From contig OZ076409.1 in the NCBI GenBank assembly GCA_964187785.1, positions 10,790,001 through 10,854,000 on the forward strand: a DNA stretch of 64,000 nucleotides, given 5' to 3'. Below the pieces are notes generated by a model. The model had not been told where the DNA came from. It ran no database searches and saw only the letters and a program-made list of their open reading frames with translations. This document shows positions 11,178 through 25,458 of this stretch, one piece after another; position 1 is the first letter of the stretch; every line of letters begins with the position of its first letter. A program made the translations under genes and the position numbers. Origin of the DNA: Amphiscolops sp. MND2022 (taxonomy: Eukaryota).

Positions 11178-12701
11178 CCCTAGTCAAAACTGCCGTAACT
11201 TTTTACATGTTGCAGGCATGCACGCAGGGTAATTTTTTATAAAACATAGAAAATTCAGACTGCGCGCAGGGAAAAAACTTGTAAAACTACACTGCAGCAT
11301 GGAAAAGCCTGGCAGCATTTCACTGCGCGTTGAAAAAAAGTCGCTGCAACTTACAAAATTTTTGAAAAAAAGTCCCTGCATTGTTTTTGTTTCACGAACG
11401 TCAGCGCAAGCGTAAAAACATGTTTAAAAACTTCCTCAACATTGTAACTAGGATAGATATAATGATTTTTCTCTAAAATTGTCTGGAAAGCTGGAACCTC
11501 TACTAATGGCGAATTGAAAAAAAAACAAAAAAATGAATCTGAATTAGGATGATGATTAAGGAAATACAACTTCAACTTAGATCTTATTATACCAAAATTC
11601 AGTGATTTTAGACGTTCTTCCATAAATATAGTGATATTAGACGTTATTCCCCAAAAAAGTTATTTTAGACGTTATTCCACGAAAATAATGATTTTAGAGG
11701 TTATTCTACAAGGATACGGTGATTTTAGACATTATTCCAATGGAATACAGTGTTTTTAGATCTTATTCTACCAAAATAGAGTGATTTTAGACGTTATTCC
11801 ACAAATATAGTGATATTAGACGTTATTCCCCAAAAAAGTGATTTTAGACGTTATTCCACGAAAATAATGATTTTAGACGTTATTCTACCAGAATACGGTG
11901 ATTTTAGACGTTATTCTGGTAAAATACAGTGAATTTACATGTTATTCCAATAAAATAAAGTCTCTGGGTCTTTTTTTAAATAAGAACTCATCAGAAATGA
12001 AATACATTGTCCAAAATTCAACTGAAATTCTTAGATTAGAATTTTTCATTTTCGAAAAATTTATTGATTTTTTTTTCTCGAAAAACACCTAAATTTTCAA
12101 CTCACGCGGAAAACTTCAACAGAAATGCTCGCAAAAACCTTTAATAATCCTTCTTGTTAGTTTGTCATTTTTTCTGAAAATATTTGACGCTGAAAAGGTT
12201 GAAAAAATAATTCAAACTTCAACCAATCAAAACAGCCTAATTTTGATATTCCGTTCTAAAGTAGTTCCCTAAAAATGCCGTCTAGAACTTTGTTTTGGAA
12301 TTGTTTTTGTTTCTCCTAACCCGAAAAGTGATAAATATTGCCTATTTCGACAGTTTTCATGCAAAAAAAATTTTTTACACCGAAAAAAACTCCAGTAATA
12401 CGAATTTGTTTGCCACACTGGCACACGTAAAAATTTTGTTTACATCATATGCACTCATAAAATTTGAGGTTTTCCCCGCAAAAACATGGAAAATTTCGCG
12501 GGGAATTTTTCTTGAACTTCCTTGATGTTGCTCTGAAAACCCGCCAAATTGTATAGAAATTCTAATAAAAACCTGAAGAAATAGCATTGCATCAGGGAAA
12601 TATTTTGCATTAATGATTGTCTATGAAACTCCCAAAATCATGCTAAAAGTGCTTGGTAGCCTATGAAATCATGTACAAGTTTCAAGCAGTTTTAACTAGG
12701 G
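11178..12701. mobile_element. non-autonomous TIR element, family A, carrying an internal minisatellite
   Basis: CCCTAGTCAAAACTGC...GCAGTTTTAACTAGGG termini with TSD TT. Confidence 0.75.
11577..11955. repeat. ~30-bp minisatellite, about 13 units
   Basis: Repeating gtgattttagacgttattcc core. Confidence 0.9.
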
Positions 12702-15700
12702 TTCCCTTGGAAGTAGAACAAAACGTCTTTCCTTTTGAAAAAGGAAGCAAAAATTGAAAGGATAATTTTGTTTGAAATTACACGCAAAACGACGGCAGGG
12801 TACCGACGTGGATTTTATTTTTAAATTAATGTTTTCTTTGTGTTCGGAGACTCTGATATTTTTGATTCCAATGTTGCCATATTAGAGAAGCAAGCTCATA
12901 CTATCTCAAATCTCAAGATTTAATATCCTTTCAAGCTCAGCTTTGCGGAATTAAAAGGAAAATTGTGATTTCCTTTGAACACATTGAGGTACCCGTGTGT
13001 TCAAGATGGGGCCCAATTAGTGTGAAAATAGGAGCGGAATAATTCAGGAGTTAATAATTCACGAATGTTGAGATGCAACTTTGGGAAGTGAAAAAATGCT
13101 GTTTTATCCTTCAGAATAAAACCTTCGTGATTATTATTACTGAAGATTGAAAAATGGAATCCTGATGGGCAAAGAAAATCCTGTTTTAAGCTTGACTTGA
13201 ATTCAAAAAGTTACACATTTTAATCAGCACTTCTCGATGAGAAATTCTTGCAGCGTGCATATGAATTGTGAGTGTTTTCAGCATCGAAATTTCCATATTT
13301 GGCTGTTGTGAACTTTAATTACCCGAGTGAATATACCTAGAGTAGCTCTTAAGAAACAAATTTACCGAAATCCTTTACAGGTATAATTAGGCTAATTAAA
13401 TTTGCGAAGTTATTTCAAGTACTTTTGCAATCATGGCAATCAAAATATAATTTTTCGATTTTTGATACTTTGTGTTTCTATCTGATTTTTGCCGTTTTGA
13501 GTGTTTTCAGATACATTTTCGTTAGATATCAGTCGAATGCTCTGCTTATATTACCCGTACTGTCACTCCGCCTCAAACCATCGTTGTCCGCCAGTGGAGA
13601 CACTCTGGGGCTGCCAATTTCGTTTCCAAAAATTTCCAAAACGAAATTTGAATATTCAAATCACGCGCTCGAAGATGCTTGCCAGTGAATTTTTGCTTGT
13701 CATCATTTTTCAGTTTAAATTTTCTGATGTGTTTTTTCTGGTTTTGAATATTTATTAGTTGTTTCAGAGGGTTACATTAATGACCAAGGTAGCATTGAGG
13801 ACACTTTTTGGCACCGCGTTTCCTGAAACCGCTGGATAGATAGGATGTTACGAATTCTTGGTTAGATTGTCATGATTTTCAGATAAAATCTATCTAGATG
13901 GGAGGGAATAACAAGATCTAAAGAGTAAGATTTAAATTATTCCACCCCCAGTTCAAGATTTGGAAGGTCGCAGATCTAAAATTACTGTATTTTGGTGAAA
14001 AAGGCCCGGAATAGTTTTTCCGATAGAGTAAGTCCTTAAATAATTTTATTTTGGTAGAACAAGACCCAAAATAATTTTTCTGATAGAATATCTAAAAACA
14101 CTTTATTTTCATGGAAAAAGATCTCAAAAGACTGTATACCCATGAAATAAGGTCTAAAATAAATGTACTTTGGTGGAGTAAAGCTCAAAATCGGACTGGC
14201 AAAATGGATGGGTCTCAAAGCTACTCCTAAAATCATTATATTTTTCGTTCTTAGTTTGTTCTCCAATGGGCTTTTACTACACCTGCTCGTTAGTGAGGTT
14301 ATCAGAGTCGCTTTGTTGAATTTTTCCAATGCAAAATTTGAAAAAAAGAAACAGTTCCCTGTGTATCTGATGTGAATTTCAAGGACTTCTGAATGAAACA
14401 TTTTTTTCCGTGATTATTGATTTCTGTAGAACTTTGATTGATTCATTCTAAATAGGCTTATTCATGCACCTAATCGGCGGTAGCCCTGCCAACGTTGGCT
14501 GTTTCAGTAGGCCAGCCAAGACTAACAACTGATTTTTTTTCTGAGGTTCTGATATGGAGTTTGATGGACTTCGGATGCAATTTCACATTGAATTTTACAT
14601 TGATTTTTGAGAAATCCTTTGTTTTTTGTAGCTCTTTTTTCGGCAGCTGCTCTGGTGGAAAAAAAGTACAAAATCGTTTCTTTGATTGAGTAAGTCGTAA
14701 AATCATTTTTTTGGTGAAACAAGGCCCAAAATTTTCTTTCTGATAGATTATCCAAAAAATTTTTTTGATAGACTAAGATCTAAAAACATTGAGTTTTGGT
14801 GATAAGAGCCTATTATCTTTTGCCCGATAGAATAAGATCTATTATCATTGCAATTTGATGGAATAAGTCCTAAAATTGGACTGGGTGTTTGCCAACCTGG
14901 ACTTGTTACTGATTTATCACCATTGGAGCCATCGGTGGACAACGATGGAACTTTCGGTGACAACCGGTGGACATCGCCAAAACTGTGGATGCCACTTTTG
15001 TTGTCCACCGGTGGGACTTGTGTGGATCGTATGTGACCACCGGTGGACTGCAATTGGCTGCCAACCAGGGTAGAACATTTCCTCATGTAACGTCATAATC
15101 ATTGATCCATATAGTTATACAGTTTGAACATCAGTGAGCTAGGCTTCGAAGCTGTATAAAAACTGAACTCTTTATGAATCAATCCCTAGTTAAGAAGTTT
15201 TCCATGCTGCTTCTATGCATGCAAGGCTTTTTTCACAAAACATGGAAATGTTTGAATGAACTTTGTCGAATTAAAATGCAGCTTCCACTGTTTCAATCAA
15301 AACTGAAAAGTGACTGAAGTTGATTTGCATTAAAATGGCGGTAAAATTGATATGGTCTGAGCTGCATTAAAAAAACTGCTTTTTAATGGTACTTGGAAAA
15401 CTTGGTCGCTCCGAATGGCGCCCAATTTGGGTTTCATCTTTTAAATAAGCTTGATAAAATTCACTTGAATCAGTGAAAATTTGAGGCAAGAAAGTTTCCT
15501 TGAGAGTTTTATAAAATCAAAATGAATTAGGAATGAAATCAATGAAAAGATTTGAAATGATCTCTTAGCCGCGTGAAAACTTTCCTTGAATCCACTTGGG
15601 CCGAATGTCGTGTCGCAATGTTTTACAGAAAGCAATTGCTTCGTATTGGTAAGAAATCACCTCAGTGCCAACTATATGTAGCTTTTAATTGCTTAGGTGA

Positions 15701-17024
15701 CGTTTATATTGATTCAAATAAAATCTTTTCCACTTCAGTGAAGCTTTGTAATTGTAGAATTTTACAACAACCTTTATTGAAGTCGATATATCATGCCATG
15801 TTTTGATAAGGAGTTTGAAACTTATCAAAAACTGGCGCGCCCTTATCCCTTTTATTAAGAAAAGGTATAAAAAGTCAAACTCATACCAGATAAAAAATGA
15901 ACATTACATGAAAAAAGAAGCCTTTTTTCAAGGAGAAATGACAATCTTTGAGATCTTATAAAAGTTGCTTTTCAAACTTGGAATAAAGTCAGAGTTTGAT
16001 ACCTTTGAGTTTCTACCAAAGCACTGTTATTGAAACATTTCGTTTTTCTCACACTTCGATAGCTAGATTAAAACAAACTAACTTGAATTGCTATTTCTCA
16101 CAGTTAAAAAACATTGATTTACTTCATATTTTGTAAAATGTATCTTCTAAATATACAAAGACACTAACTTGGCATCATGAATGTTTCAAATCTAATTTTA
16201 AAGGCAGGACGAAACTGAAACATAAAACGACAGTGATCTTCTGAATTACCCAAATTCCATTGCCCGAACTAGCAAAATTGAGACTCCAATATCTTGAAAA
16301 CTGTCACAGTGGCATATCATAATTTCCTTCATTGGACGTTATTTACCAACAAAACCAGCCAAAGCTAAGTTTTTCGATTCTAGAAAATATTGGCAAAATC
16401 AAAAGTTTTTTCCGGTAATTTTTTTTTCGAAAAATTCCTTTTTCACCAAAACGTCCTTCTCTTTTGGGTTTCCCTATTTTAACTTTAGCAAAGATGTTTT
16501 ACGAGCCAAAATGATCCTTTTTCCACCACCATGTGATTTTGTGGGAAAAATTGTTTCCGGAAAAAATTCTCAAACAAAACGTTTTTTGATGTTTTTAAAT
16601 GAAGAAAAAATATTTCGAGGCCAGAGGGGGTCCATTCGAATTGTTTTGGCGACCTGAAGTTGATGACATTTTGTGCTTTTTGAGTTTTAAAGCATTAAGT
16701 TGAGGCCTTTTCGTCTTGTTCCTATAATGTCTAAAAAGTGGTCCATTGATGTGAGCTCAAGGTGGCTAGTTGGGTCGCTTTAAAGCGACCTGGTCGTTTT
16801 TGGTTGCTTTTTTTCCAAAGTAGCTTTTTTGGTCGCTTTTTCTACGAACATGTTTTTGATTGTTCAATAGTGTATCATTATCTATATGCCACAAATGTCA
16901 TATCTGGAAATATCATTGAATCTTTCTTTGTCAATAAGTTTTGAATGCTTTTGTGTATAACCTATCTCAGATATTATGTTCAACATTTTGTTCATATTAT
17001 AATTTATGGTTACTAAGCATGTTT

Positions 17025-17771
17025 TTAGTCCGCACTTCATGAAGTGAAAGGCGACTATTATAGTGGCCTTTTCTCAATCCACACGAACTGACCAAAATAG
17101 TTCTTAAAAGTTCTACAAAATATTATTGCACCAAATTGCGCTATTTGGTCTAGCGAACTGAACCAAAAAGGTTTTTCCTGATTTCCCGCGTAACATACCA
17201 TACCGGGCGAGACCAAAGGGTCCCCTTCCAATTTTTTTTCGGCACTGCGAGACTTTTTCCGGGAAATTTTTTTCCCCAAAGGGTCCCCCTTCAATTTGTT
17301 TGGCTGTTTTGCGACAGAATGGATGTTTGAAAATCCCAAAGGGTCCCCCCTTTCAGTTTTTTTTCGGCACTGTGAGTTTTTTTCCGAAAATAAAAATTCC
17401 CCCTTCAATTTATTGATGTTTTGCGACAGAATGGATGTTGAAAAACCCCAAAGGGTCCCCCTTTCAGTTTTGCGGCATTGTGAGACTTTTTTTCTATTTT
17501 TTTTTCTCTCCAAAGGGTTCTCCCTTCAACAACCTGCGACAAAAATGTTGACAATTTCGAAAGTGTCCCCCTTTTAGCGGGCCAGGGGCTCGCGCTAGCG
17601 GAATCCGGCGCGCCACTCGGTCCATTTTTTAATGTAATTTTTTCGAAAAATTTTTTCTCGAAAAATTTTCGATTTTCGAGTACTGTAAAAGAGAATATTT
17701 GAAACTTGGAAGTCTTTTTGCTATTTTTGAGCCTTGGAAATGGCGCCGACTTGGGCCGGTCCCAGCTTGTT
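17025..17771 (+). mobile_element. HINE/DINE-1-like (Helentron-associated) non-autonomous element
   Basis: 5' TTAGTC(C)GCAC hairpin, internal gggtcccc repeats, 3' GGCGCCGACT subterminal inverted repeat and CTTGTT end. Confidence 0.7.
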
Positions 17772-19803
17772 TGAAGAAACGTTAGGTAACTCTTTTGAGT
17801 TAAAAAAAATGAGTTAACATTGTTACAAATCAATACATGAAACAATATATCTGAAAATTGTTCAACATTGTAACAAAGTTGCAAAATCTGCGATTCTTGT
17901 ACAAACCCCAATAATGCATAAATAATCACGAACATATGTCAAAAATATTTATTAATTTACAATTTCTTTAAATCACTAGATCAATTGACATATGCTGAAC
18001 CAGTAGTTTCTTATGCGTTTGATATGCAGATTGAACAGAAAAGCACACGACACGCGTTACTTTCCAAAGCGTTCACGTTTTTTTTTTCGATTCAAGTAAA
18101 AAAAACGTAAATTTCTATGATTTTAATTGTGTCGTAATTTTTAATTTGCTGAAAAAAACTGGCCACTCTGTGTGAGCTTTGTAATTGGTAGAAAAGAACA
18201 AGACAAGAATGTTTCTAGTCGGTGCCTCATCTTCAGCTCAAATTTTGCCTCATCTACAGCTTTCAAATGTAATGAGAAACTGTTCTTATGGTCTTATGAA
18301 ACGTCTGAAAACTTCGCACTGTGCGGAAAACACTTCGGGTTTTAAAAAGCTTTGTCTCGGAAAATACTTTAAAAATAGGGGAAAACTCATTTCATGAGAT
18401 TGAACTACATTAAAAAAACGTCACAGTGCCAAAGGCAGACATTTAGGTTAGATGGAGTGTTTCAAAAAAGCCGCGCAGTGCCGATGAAAAATCCAAAGGG
18501 CACTGTTTGCTCTATTCATATTCGGAGAGCCTGTCATCATGACTTGCGCTTGCCAGTTTTTTGTCAAAAAATATCACGATATGATTTCAAATCAGGGACA
18601 TCAAATTACATTTTTCACTTTCAAATGATTTATCCTAACTTTTAGAATGTGATTACTTTTTTAGTTCAAACAAAGTAGCTTATGAAGTTCAAAAAGTTAC
18701 TATCCAGTTGCTAGAAGCAAAATAAATATAATTTCTACAAACTTATCAGTTCCTTTCATTTCCAATTGTGAAAAACTGTGCTCTAGGCGTTATATATTTG
18801 AAATCAACTGATATATTTATCATGAAAAAGTCATAAGGGACTTCTTCAATAGGGAGACAAATTTCGCAATATTCACATTTCGCATTTCTTCTTATGTTAA
18901 CAGAAAAGTTTCCTGAGAATCTTGAGGGTGTAAATAGATTACACCATTTTTCGGGGGGGGGGGGGTGTTTATTTGGGTGAGGCGTATTTACTTTTTGGCA
19001 TTTGTGGACTAACAACTATCCCTTCTACTCTCAGATGAATTTTGGGGAGATGATAGAATGTCATGCGTGAATGACTTGTCTTTCCAATTTCGCCATTCCC
19101 AGATTTCTTAGTCAAGTCTGAAAACGAAGACACCAATTACTCGAGGAAATTATTCACAGTTGATTTTGATTTTTAATAGATGGCAGACAGTATTAACCAA
19201 GGTTCCCAATCAGTCCGATTGATCTCGCTTTTCATTTTGCGCCTCTGCGGGCAAGAAGCTCTGAATTATGCTACACTTCGCATCAAAGGTCAATTTGTAA
19301 CATTGAAACTTTTGAAAAAAATCTGTGAAAAAGTTCAGATATTTCCGAAAATACAAATGATACGACGCTAGTTTTTCGTCATTGATTTATGTGTGAAAAC
19401 ATTTATCTTTTCATCAGTGTATTTCTAGAAAACAAACGCAGATTATAGAATGATATTTTTTTCACATGAAAATCAATTCCTTTCCGGATAAAAAGTTTTA
19501 ACGTATTTGGGTATGTCTCAGTGAATTTAAGGAAGCTAATTCAGCTTTCAAAGAAAATCGAAGTTACAAGCCTTATTTTGGTCTCGAACTCAACTCATTA
19601 TTGACACTAGCGCTGTAACTAAAACTAATTGATTAGGTATAATATCAAGCTTACCAGTACACGGGATCGATAGAAGCTTTTAGGTCTGCAATTATTAGCC
19701 GCAAATATTTCACTATTAGCCGCAAAGATTCGATCCACGCTACCCTGAATACTATTCCACACATATTTTTGAGTCATACCCGGTTAGGGAACCTGCTTTA
19801 GGA

Positions 19804-20373
19804 AACAAGACGGGAACGTCTAAAGTCGGCGCTATATCTAAGGCTCAAAAGGCGCAAAGTTTTTAAAATTGTAAAAGAGGGGGGACCCTTTAGACTTTTT
19901 CAAATCTAGTTTACTGCAAAATATCAAAGAAGTTGAAGGGGGACCCTTAGAAGACATTAAAAAAATTTTCGAAAAAAAAACGAAAAATGAGAATTTTGAA
20001 ACAGTCTTATAGTGCCGAAAAACAAGAAAGGGGAGACCCTTTGGGTTTTTCGAAACTTCAGTTTGCTGCAAAATATCAATAAACTGGAAGAGGACCCTTT
20101 GGCGACAAAAAAACATCCGAAAAAAAGTCGCACAGTGCCGAAAAAAATTCAAAGGGGGGACCTGTAGTCCAGTCCGGTTTTGTATCTTACGTTAAATTTT
20201 GAATACACGGAAGAGGGGACCCTTTGCATTAACTTAGATGCGTTTCCGCTTGCCGGTCCAGTAGTTTAGTTGTTCTGTAGAAAAAGTGTCCACTACGCAT
20301 ACATTCTGTGGTCTGTGGAAAAAAACTTCCCACTGTAATAGTCGGGCTCATTTTGATAAAATGCGCCGACTGA
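19804..20373 (-). mobile_element. HINE/DINE-1-like element
   Basis: AACAAG...AGTCGGCGC at the left end and GCGCCGACT at the right end; internal ggggaccc repeats. Confidence 0.7.
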
Positions 20374-23300
20374 AAACTGTGTTAACTCAACTGCCTAGTA
20401 AGTTTGTCACAGATGGATTAACCTTTCCAGCTAAAGGTCAACGTTACCAGACCAATGAGACAGTGTGTTTGGGTAATCGAGTTATGACATCAATATAAAA
20501 TCACAGAACACGATAAGAACGACAATCTTGCAATTGATTACTCAGCGAATATATGGGTTAAAAACACGGTTTCATTCACAATAGCAATCGACTACATTCA
20601 TCACTTCGTTTCGTTTGAGATATCACAGACCAAGGTCAAATGTCGTTTTTCGGTCGGGCCCACGCGTCCGGTCCCGCGTGCCTTAAACAAACATTACTCC
20701 GTGCGTGGTGGACCGATTTTTTTTGTATCGTTGATATATTTTACTTGGTGTTGGTAGGTGAACATCCTATGTAAGTTCCATGATCCTGGGGTCAACTGGT
20801 GACGATTTACATAACGTTCGGTGTTGGTTTACTTAGCGTCCGTGCTCCTTCTACGCGCGTCGTAGCGTTCCAAAAATATGCGCAAATGGCTTCATATCCT
20901 AAGGGTTATCGATTCCATTTGTTATATGACTTACTTCATGCTCCACCAACGAGATGACATCTGGTGCTAATAGCTCGGGACTGGGGGGCGACTCTCTTCT
21001 GTTTTTATAAATCAATAGCGTTACAGCTAAGGTAAACGTGTGCCGAATTTCTGGTATGGACGATTAATAGTCTTTGGGAAAAACGTTTTTTTTCTCTTTG
21101 GTGGGGGGGGGGGCGGTTGTTGGGTAAAAGTTTGCAATGTGACGATTTTCAGTGTGGTATCTCAGAGAAATTCGGACCAAGAGTGGGCCTTAGTAAAATT
21201 CGCTCTACGAGATTGACTCTGACTTTGCTGATTCGAATCACTCATTGTTGTCGTCAATTCTACAAGAGTGGCGAGAAGTTTCGTCTAATTAGGTAAACAC
21301 CGAGTTTGCCAATTGAGCCGTAACAAAATATGCTATAGTCAGCCTTTTCAGCTGCTTTTACTAATCCGACTGTCCGAAAACGTAATTAACATAGTTCAGT
21401 CTATCGTCTGGGCTTTGAGCAAAAAACGATGGGACTTTTATAGGAACGCCAAAAGTTAAAAATGCCACAAATTACAGCATTTTTTTACAATTACAAGAAC
21501 TGAATCGATGAAGTGTTGACAGTATTCTTCTGATAACGTCATCTCAATCATTTCAAGTGTAAAACAGTCGTTTGTTTCACACCATGTCATATTCTAATTC
21601 AACTTTGGAATAAAAGTTTAAAGTTCTATCTCCAATTTCCCACTCGATAGCCGTATTTTTCCAAGCATTTCTAGTTTCCATCTAATTACAATCAGGGACG
21701 GTTTTAGGATTTTTGAAACCGGGGCTATGTTGCGCACCGGAACGAGAGCAGCAGTTGAAACTTTGAAAGTAGGAAAAGCACCGGGTGCGTGAAATCAATT
21801 GATTCCATACAACTCTCCAAAGGAGGGGCGGTCCCCGATTACAGTTCGTTTTTACTTTCTCTGTTTTTACCTTCGCTTGGTGACACCGAGGAAAAGTCAT
21901 GACAACTATGTCGACCTTTTTCTGTTTTGCCCAACCATCAGAATTTTTCGAGAAACATTGACAAAAAAATTCAAACTGGCCGAATAAAAAAGATTTTTTT
22001 CTGTTACTGGAAGTTACCTTTATTGAAATTGTTCTTCGAACAAAACACTTTTCACACATTTTGACTTTGAGTATGTTCAATATCAACTGTTTTTTTTTCA
22101 AATGACTCAGAAAACGAAGCTGTTGATTTCTCTCAGAAAAGAACCCTTATTTCTACTCTGTCCAAAGTTGGGGGGGGGGGGGGGTGATTTTCGCTGCAGC
22201 TTTGTTGCAAAAGTATGCCGACAGACTGCAATGACATGTAATGTACGACGACTAGCGTTGTCCAAAATTCAAAAGAAGTTCATGATCAATGAATCGGCGA
22301 AGCGGGATAACCTTGAATGTGACGACGTCCCGTCGGTGGGTTGAATTGAAACTGCCAGAAGCAATTTTGTTTGAATGTTCTGGGAGTCAAATAGTGATGA
22401 AAATTCTACTTCTCATTTTTTCATTGTTTCATGCATGCTAAGATGAAGGAAGTTGTTATGTAACGGCACCCTCTGGTACAGCAAAATCAGCCAATTTTGA
22501 AACTTTGACACCTGAAATTTGGTCAAAATTTCTAATTCGATGTGTGACGTGGCACTGAGCATGCGATTTCTCTTTTGCTGTTTCCGATAACAGTTTGCCA
22601 TTACATTAGGTGGTAGCGCATCTAACCCTAAATGGACGATGGTACAATTTCGTACCAATTGGTTTCTGCAAACTTATGAAGGCACCAGCTGACCGGATAG
22701 TAAAGATAATCATGAATGAGATTTTCAGACGATATTACATAGCATTGCACGCCTTTTCACGAACTATTGACTTGATGTCTCTGAAATCAAAAATCAGGGA
22801 CCAAAAAATTGGAGAAAAAAACGGAGAGCAGATTTTCGGTTTTTCCTCTTTCTTTTTGTGGCCTTATTCCACTGGTATCAAGATTGGGTCAAAGCGGCCC
22901 TAGCATATTTTGAAACATGCTGAAATGCAATCCGAGACACGATGCTTATTTAGGATTAAAAGTAAACCTGCTCGCCTATTATAATGACGAGTTTTTTGCA
23001 GACTACAGAATGTATCTGAATAAACCACTTTTACAGACGTTTTTCAACTCGCTCGGCGGCGCCATTTGACCAAGTGGTTAGGGTGCGAGCTGCGAAAGCA
23101 AATCCTTCACAGGACTAAATTTTTCTAATGCTTTTTTGTGCAAAATCAAAGTGTTCCTCCTTCGGGTTTTCAATGGTATCAGTTAGAGGAGCTTTCGAAT
23201 AATTTTCAACAGCGTGAGATATTTTATAACTCTGTTAAGAAACCACATCCGCAATTCTTATTTCTTTTGAGGCCCTAAAAGATACATAAAAATGTTATCC

Positions 23301-23779
23301 CGAGTTTTCCGTTGAAGTTGATTGAACTCTGATCATTTATGGTACCAAACAAATCATAGACATTTTTTCTATGATCTTACCATGGTCAATCTGGAAGCAT
23401 GTATGATTCAGAGTGTGGCCAATCTGGAACCACAAATGGTCCAGTCTGGAATAATAAAAAGCCCAGATTATGATCAAATTAAAATCATAAATTTTTGCTC
23501 TAAACGCGGATTGACGTGACATGCCATTTAAACAAAAATGTTCAAATATTGGGAACCGCAGCTTTATACACTGAAGGCAATAGAACCACGTTCTAACCTT
23601 TGTATCTGCGAACGATACATTACAGGTCAGAACTCCGTTAAACTCTTAGCGGAGTCAAAAACAAACTATAGTCACTCAATTTGTTCTCAGCCACGCCCTA
23701 GTTAATAAATAACACTTTTGTTACAGCAGTATCCATTTTTCAGTGTGAGTTTTGATTCTTTCGAGAACAATTACCAATA

Positions 23780-24451
23780 CAGTAGTGTGATTGAGAAAAC
23801 GTCCCCCGGGGCGATTTCAGACTCAATTTTCTCAAAATCTGTTGGGAATTTTGAAAAACATCAGAACTAAAAGTTTCTTAGAATTTTATCTAGGTTATAT
23901 TAGTGTTTTTTAAATTTTTCTGGGACAAAAATTGTGAAAGTTACATGAAGCTAATTTTGAGCAAATTTGGGACTTTTTTCCGTTTTTTCATTTTTTGACC
24001 GGGTTACCGACATGTTTTTTGGCAAGTTTTATGCTAAAATAATTCTCACAAATCTACTGACTTTTTGGACATTTTTTGATTTCAAAAATTATCAACCGTT
24101 TTCGAAATATCATGCTCGAAAGGTAAAATTTCATCGATTTCCATGTATTAAGATAGGAAATGGACGTTTCGCGGCAAAAAACTGCAATTATTTTCTCATT
24201 TAGAATGTTTTTGGAACAAAAAATATATCAGTGAATTCTATACAATCTGCAGAATTCGCTGAATTAAAAATTTTCCAAAAAGTATTTCAAAAACCTGCCG
24301 AAAACTGGGAAAATAGCAGAAGTGTTCTTTCTGCGCATGAGATTTCACTTGATGCGCCAATCAGAATTGAAAGTGAGAGCAAATAAGCAATTCTTATTGG
24401 TTGATAACGACGCTAAGCGCATAGGGGGACTATTTCTTAATCACAGTACTG
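23780..24451. mobile_element. Tc1/mariner-type MITE
   Basis: 28-bp TIRs CAGTAGTGTGATTGAGAAAACGTCCCCC / GGGGGACTATTTCTTAATCACAGTACTG, flanked by TA. Confidence 0.8.
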
Positions 24452-24654
24452 TAGTTCAGCAAAAGCTGCCAAAAATTGATGATTGATGATTGTGAATTGT
24501 TTTCAGTTTAGTGAGTGTATTGACACTTTTGTTGAGGAATATCAGTTATTTCATCAGTGTTTACGTTAATTGACTGCGTTATCCTAATTTTCTGTTTCTG
24601 TTTCCAGGCTGACCATATTCTGGACCATAAATGTTTATGGTTTCAGGCTGACTA

Positions 24655-25458
24655 CCCATGTTGAGCTTACCTTGAGAATCTGTAAAGATCTGTGAGCCAA
24701 TTTTCCTTGAGGATCTGTAAAGATCGTGCCACTGCTACGTAAGGAAAACTGCAGATCTGCAAGGATCTTTACAGATGTTCAAAGATTTTCAGTACAGATT
24801 TCTCAGGAAAATTTTTTCCGGACCTTCTAGTGAAACTATGCATTTCAGTTTTTAGCCTCTTCAGTAGATAGTTTTGCTGACCAAGGCTTAGTCAGTTGAA
24901 ACTCTCCATCACTCAAAATTCGTGAGCAGGAAATCTCCATCACGGTAATTTTGGTGTCTGGGGAATGTTCGGTATTGGTTATACACTGTAATTTATCCAT
25001 TTCACTTGAACTTTCCAGAAGTGGTTTTTCAACTTTGAGAGGCTCGTTTGCCATATTGACTTCGTTTTGACGGATGAAATTTGACATGTGACAACCTTCT
25101 GGGTTGGTAGAGGCGTTGATAGAGTGCTGTGGTTGTAATATTTCGGAAACATGGTTTGCTGGAGTAGTTTTGGTATTTGCTGGAAACTCGGAATACGTTA
25201 TAGTAATTTATTGGTATGGTTAATTCGTAACAAATCCTGGAATATCTGCAAAGATCTGTACAGATCTGTACAGAATCGCACAGAAACCTTTTTTAAAACC
25301 TCAAATAAGAGGTGTGTTTTTTTCGTAGAGCACTTTTTAATCAACTAATTTCTTTTTCGAAAACTGAATTTATGACTATTCATATTTCGAACAATCCTGG
25401 AATATCTGTCAGGATCTGTGCAGATCTGTACAGATTCGCAGGGAGTGCTCAACATGGG
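24655..25458 (-). mobile_element. ~810-bp TIR element, family B (CCCATGTTGAG ends), copy 1
   Basis: TIRs, TSD TA and subterminal ATCTGTACAG repeats; near-identical to copy 3 in inverted orientation. Confidence 0.88.

Noticed and set aside
11577..11955. CRISPR-like array
   Set aside because: Degenerate units without unique spacers, no cas genes, eukaryotic context. The same applies to 39877-40091.
9182..12701. One 3.5-kb TIR or piggyBac-like element
   Set aside because: No TTAA or matching TSD; it resolves into two elements, each with its own TSD.
17058..17935. 151-176 aa ORFs
   Set aside because: Chance frames through the internal repeats of a HINE-like element.
21880..22190. Similarity to 62140-62600
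   Set aside because: Probably an old dispersed repeat, but its boundaries and class could not be defined.
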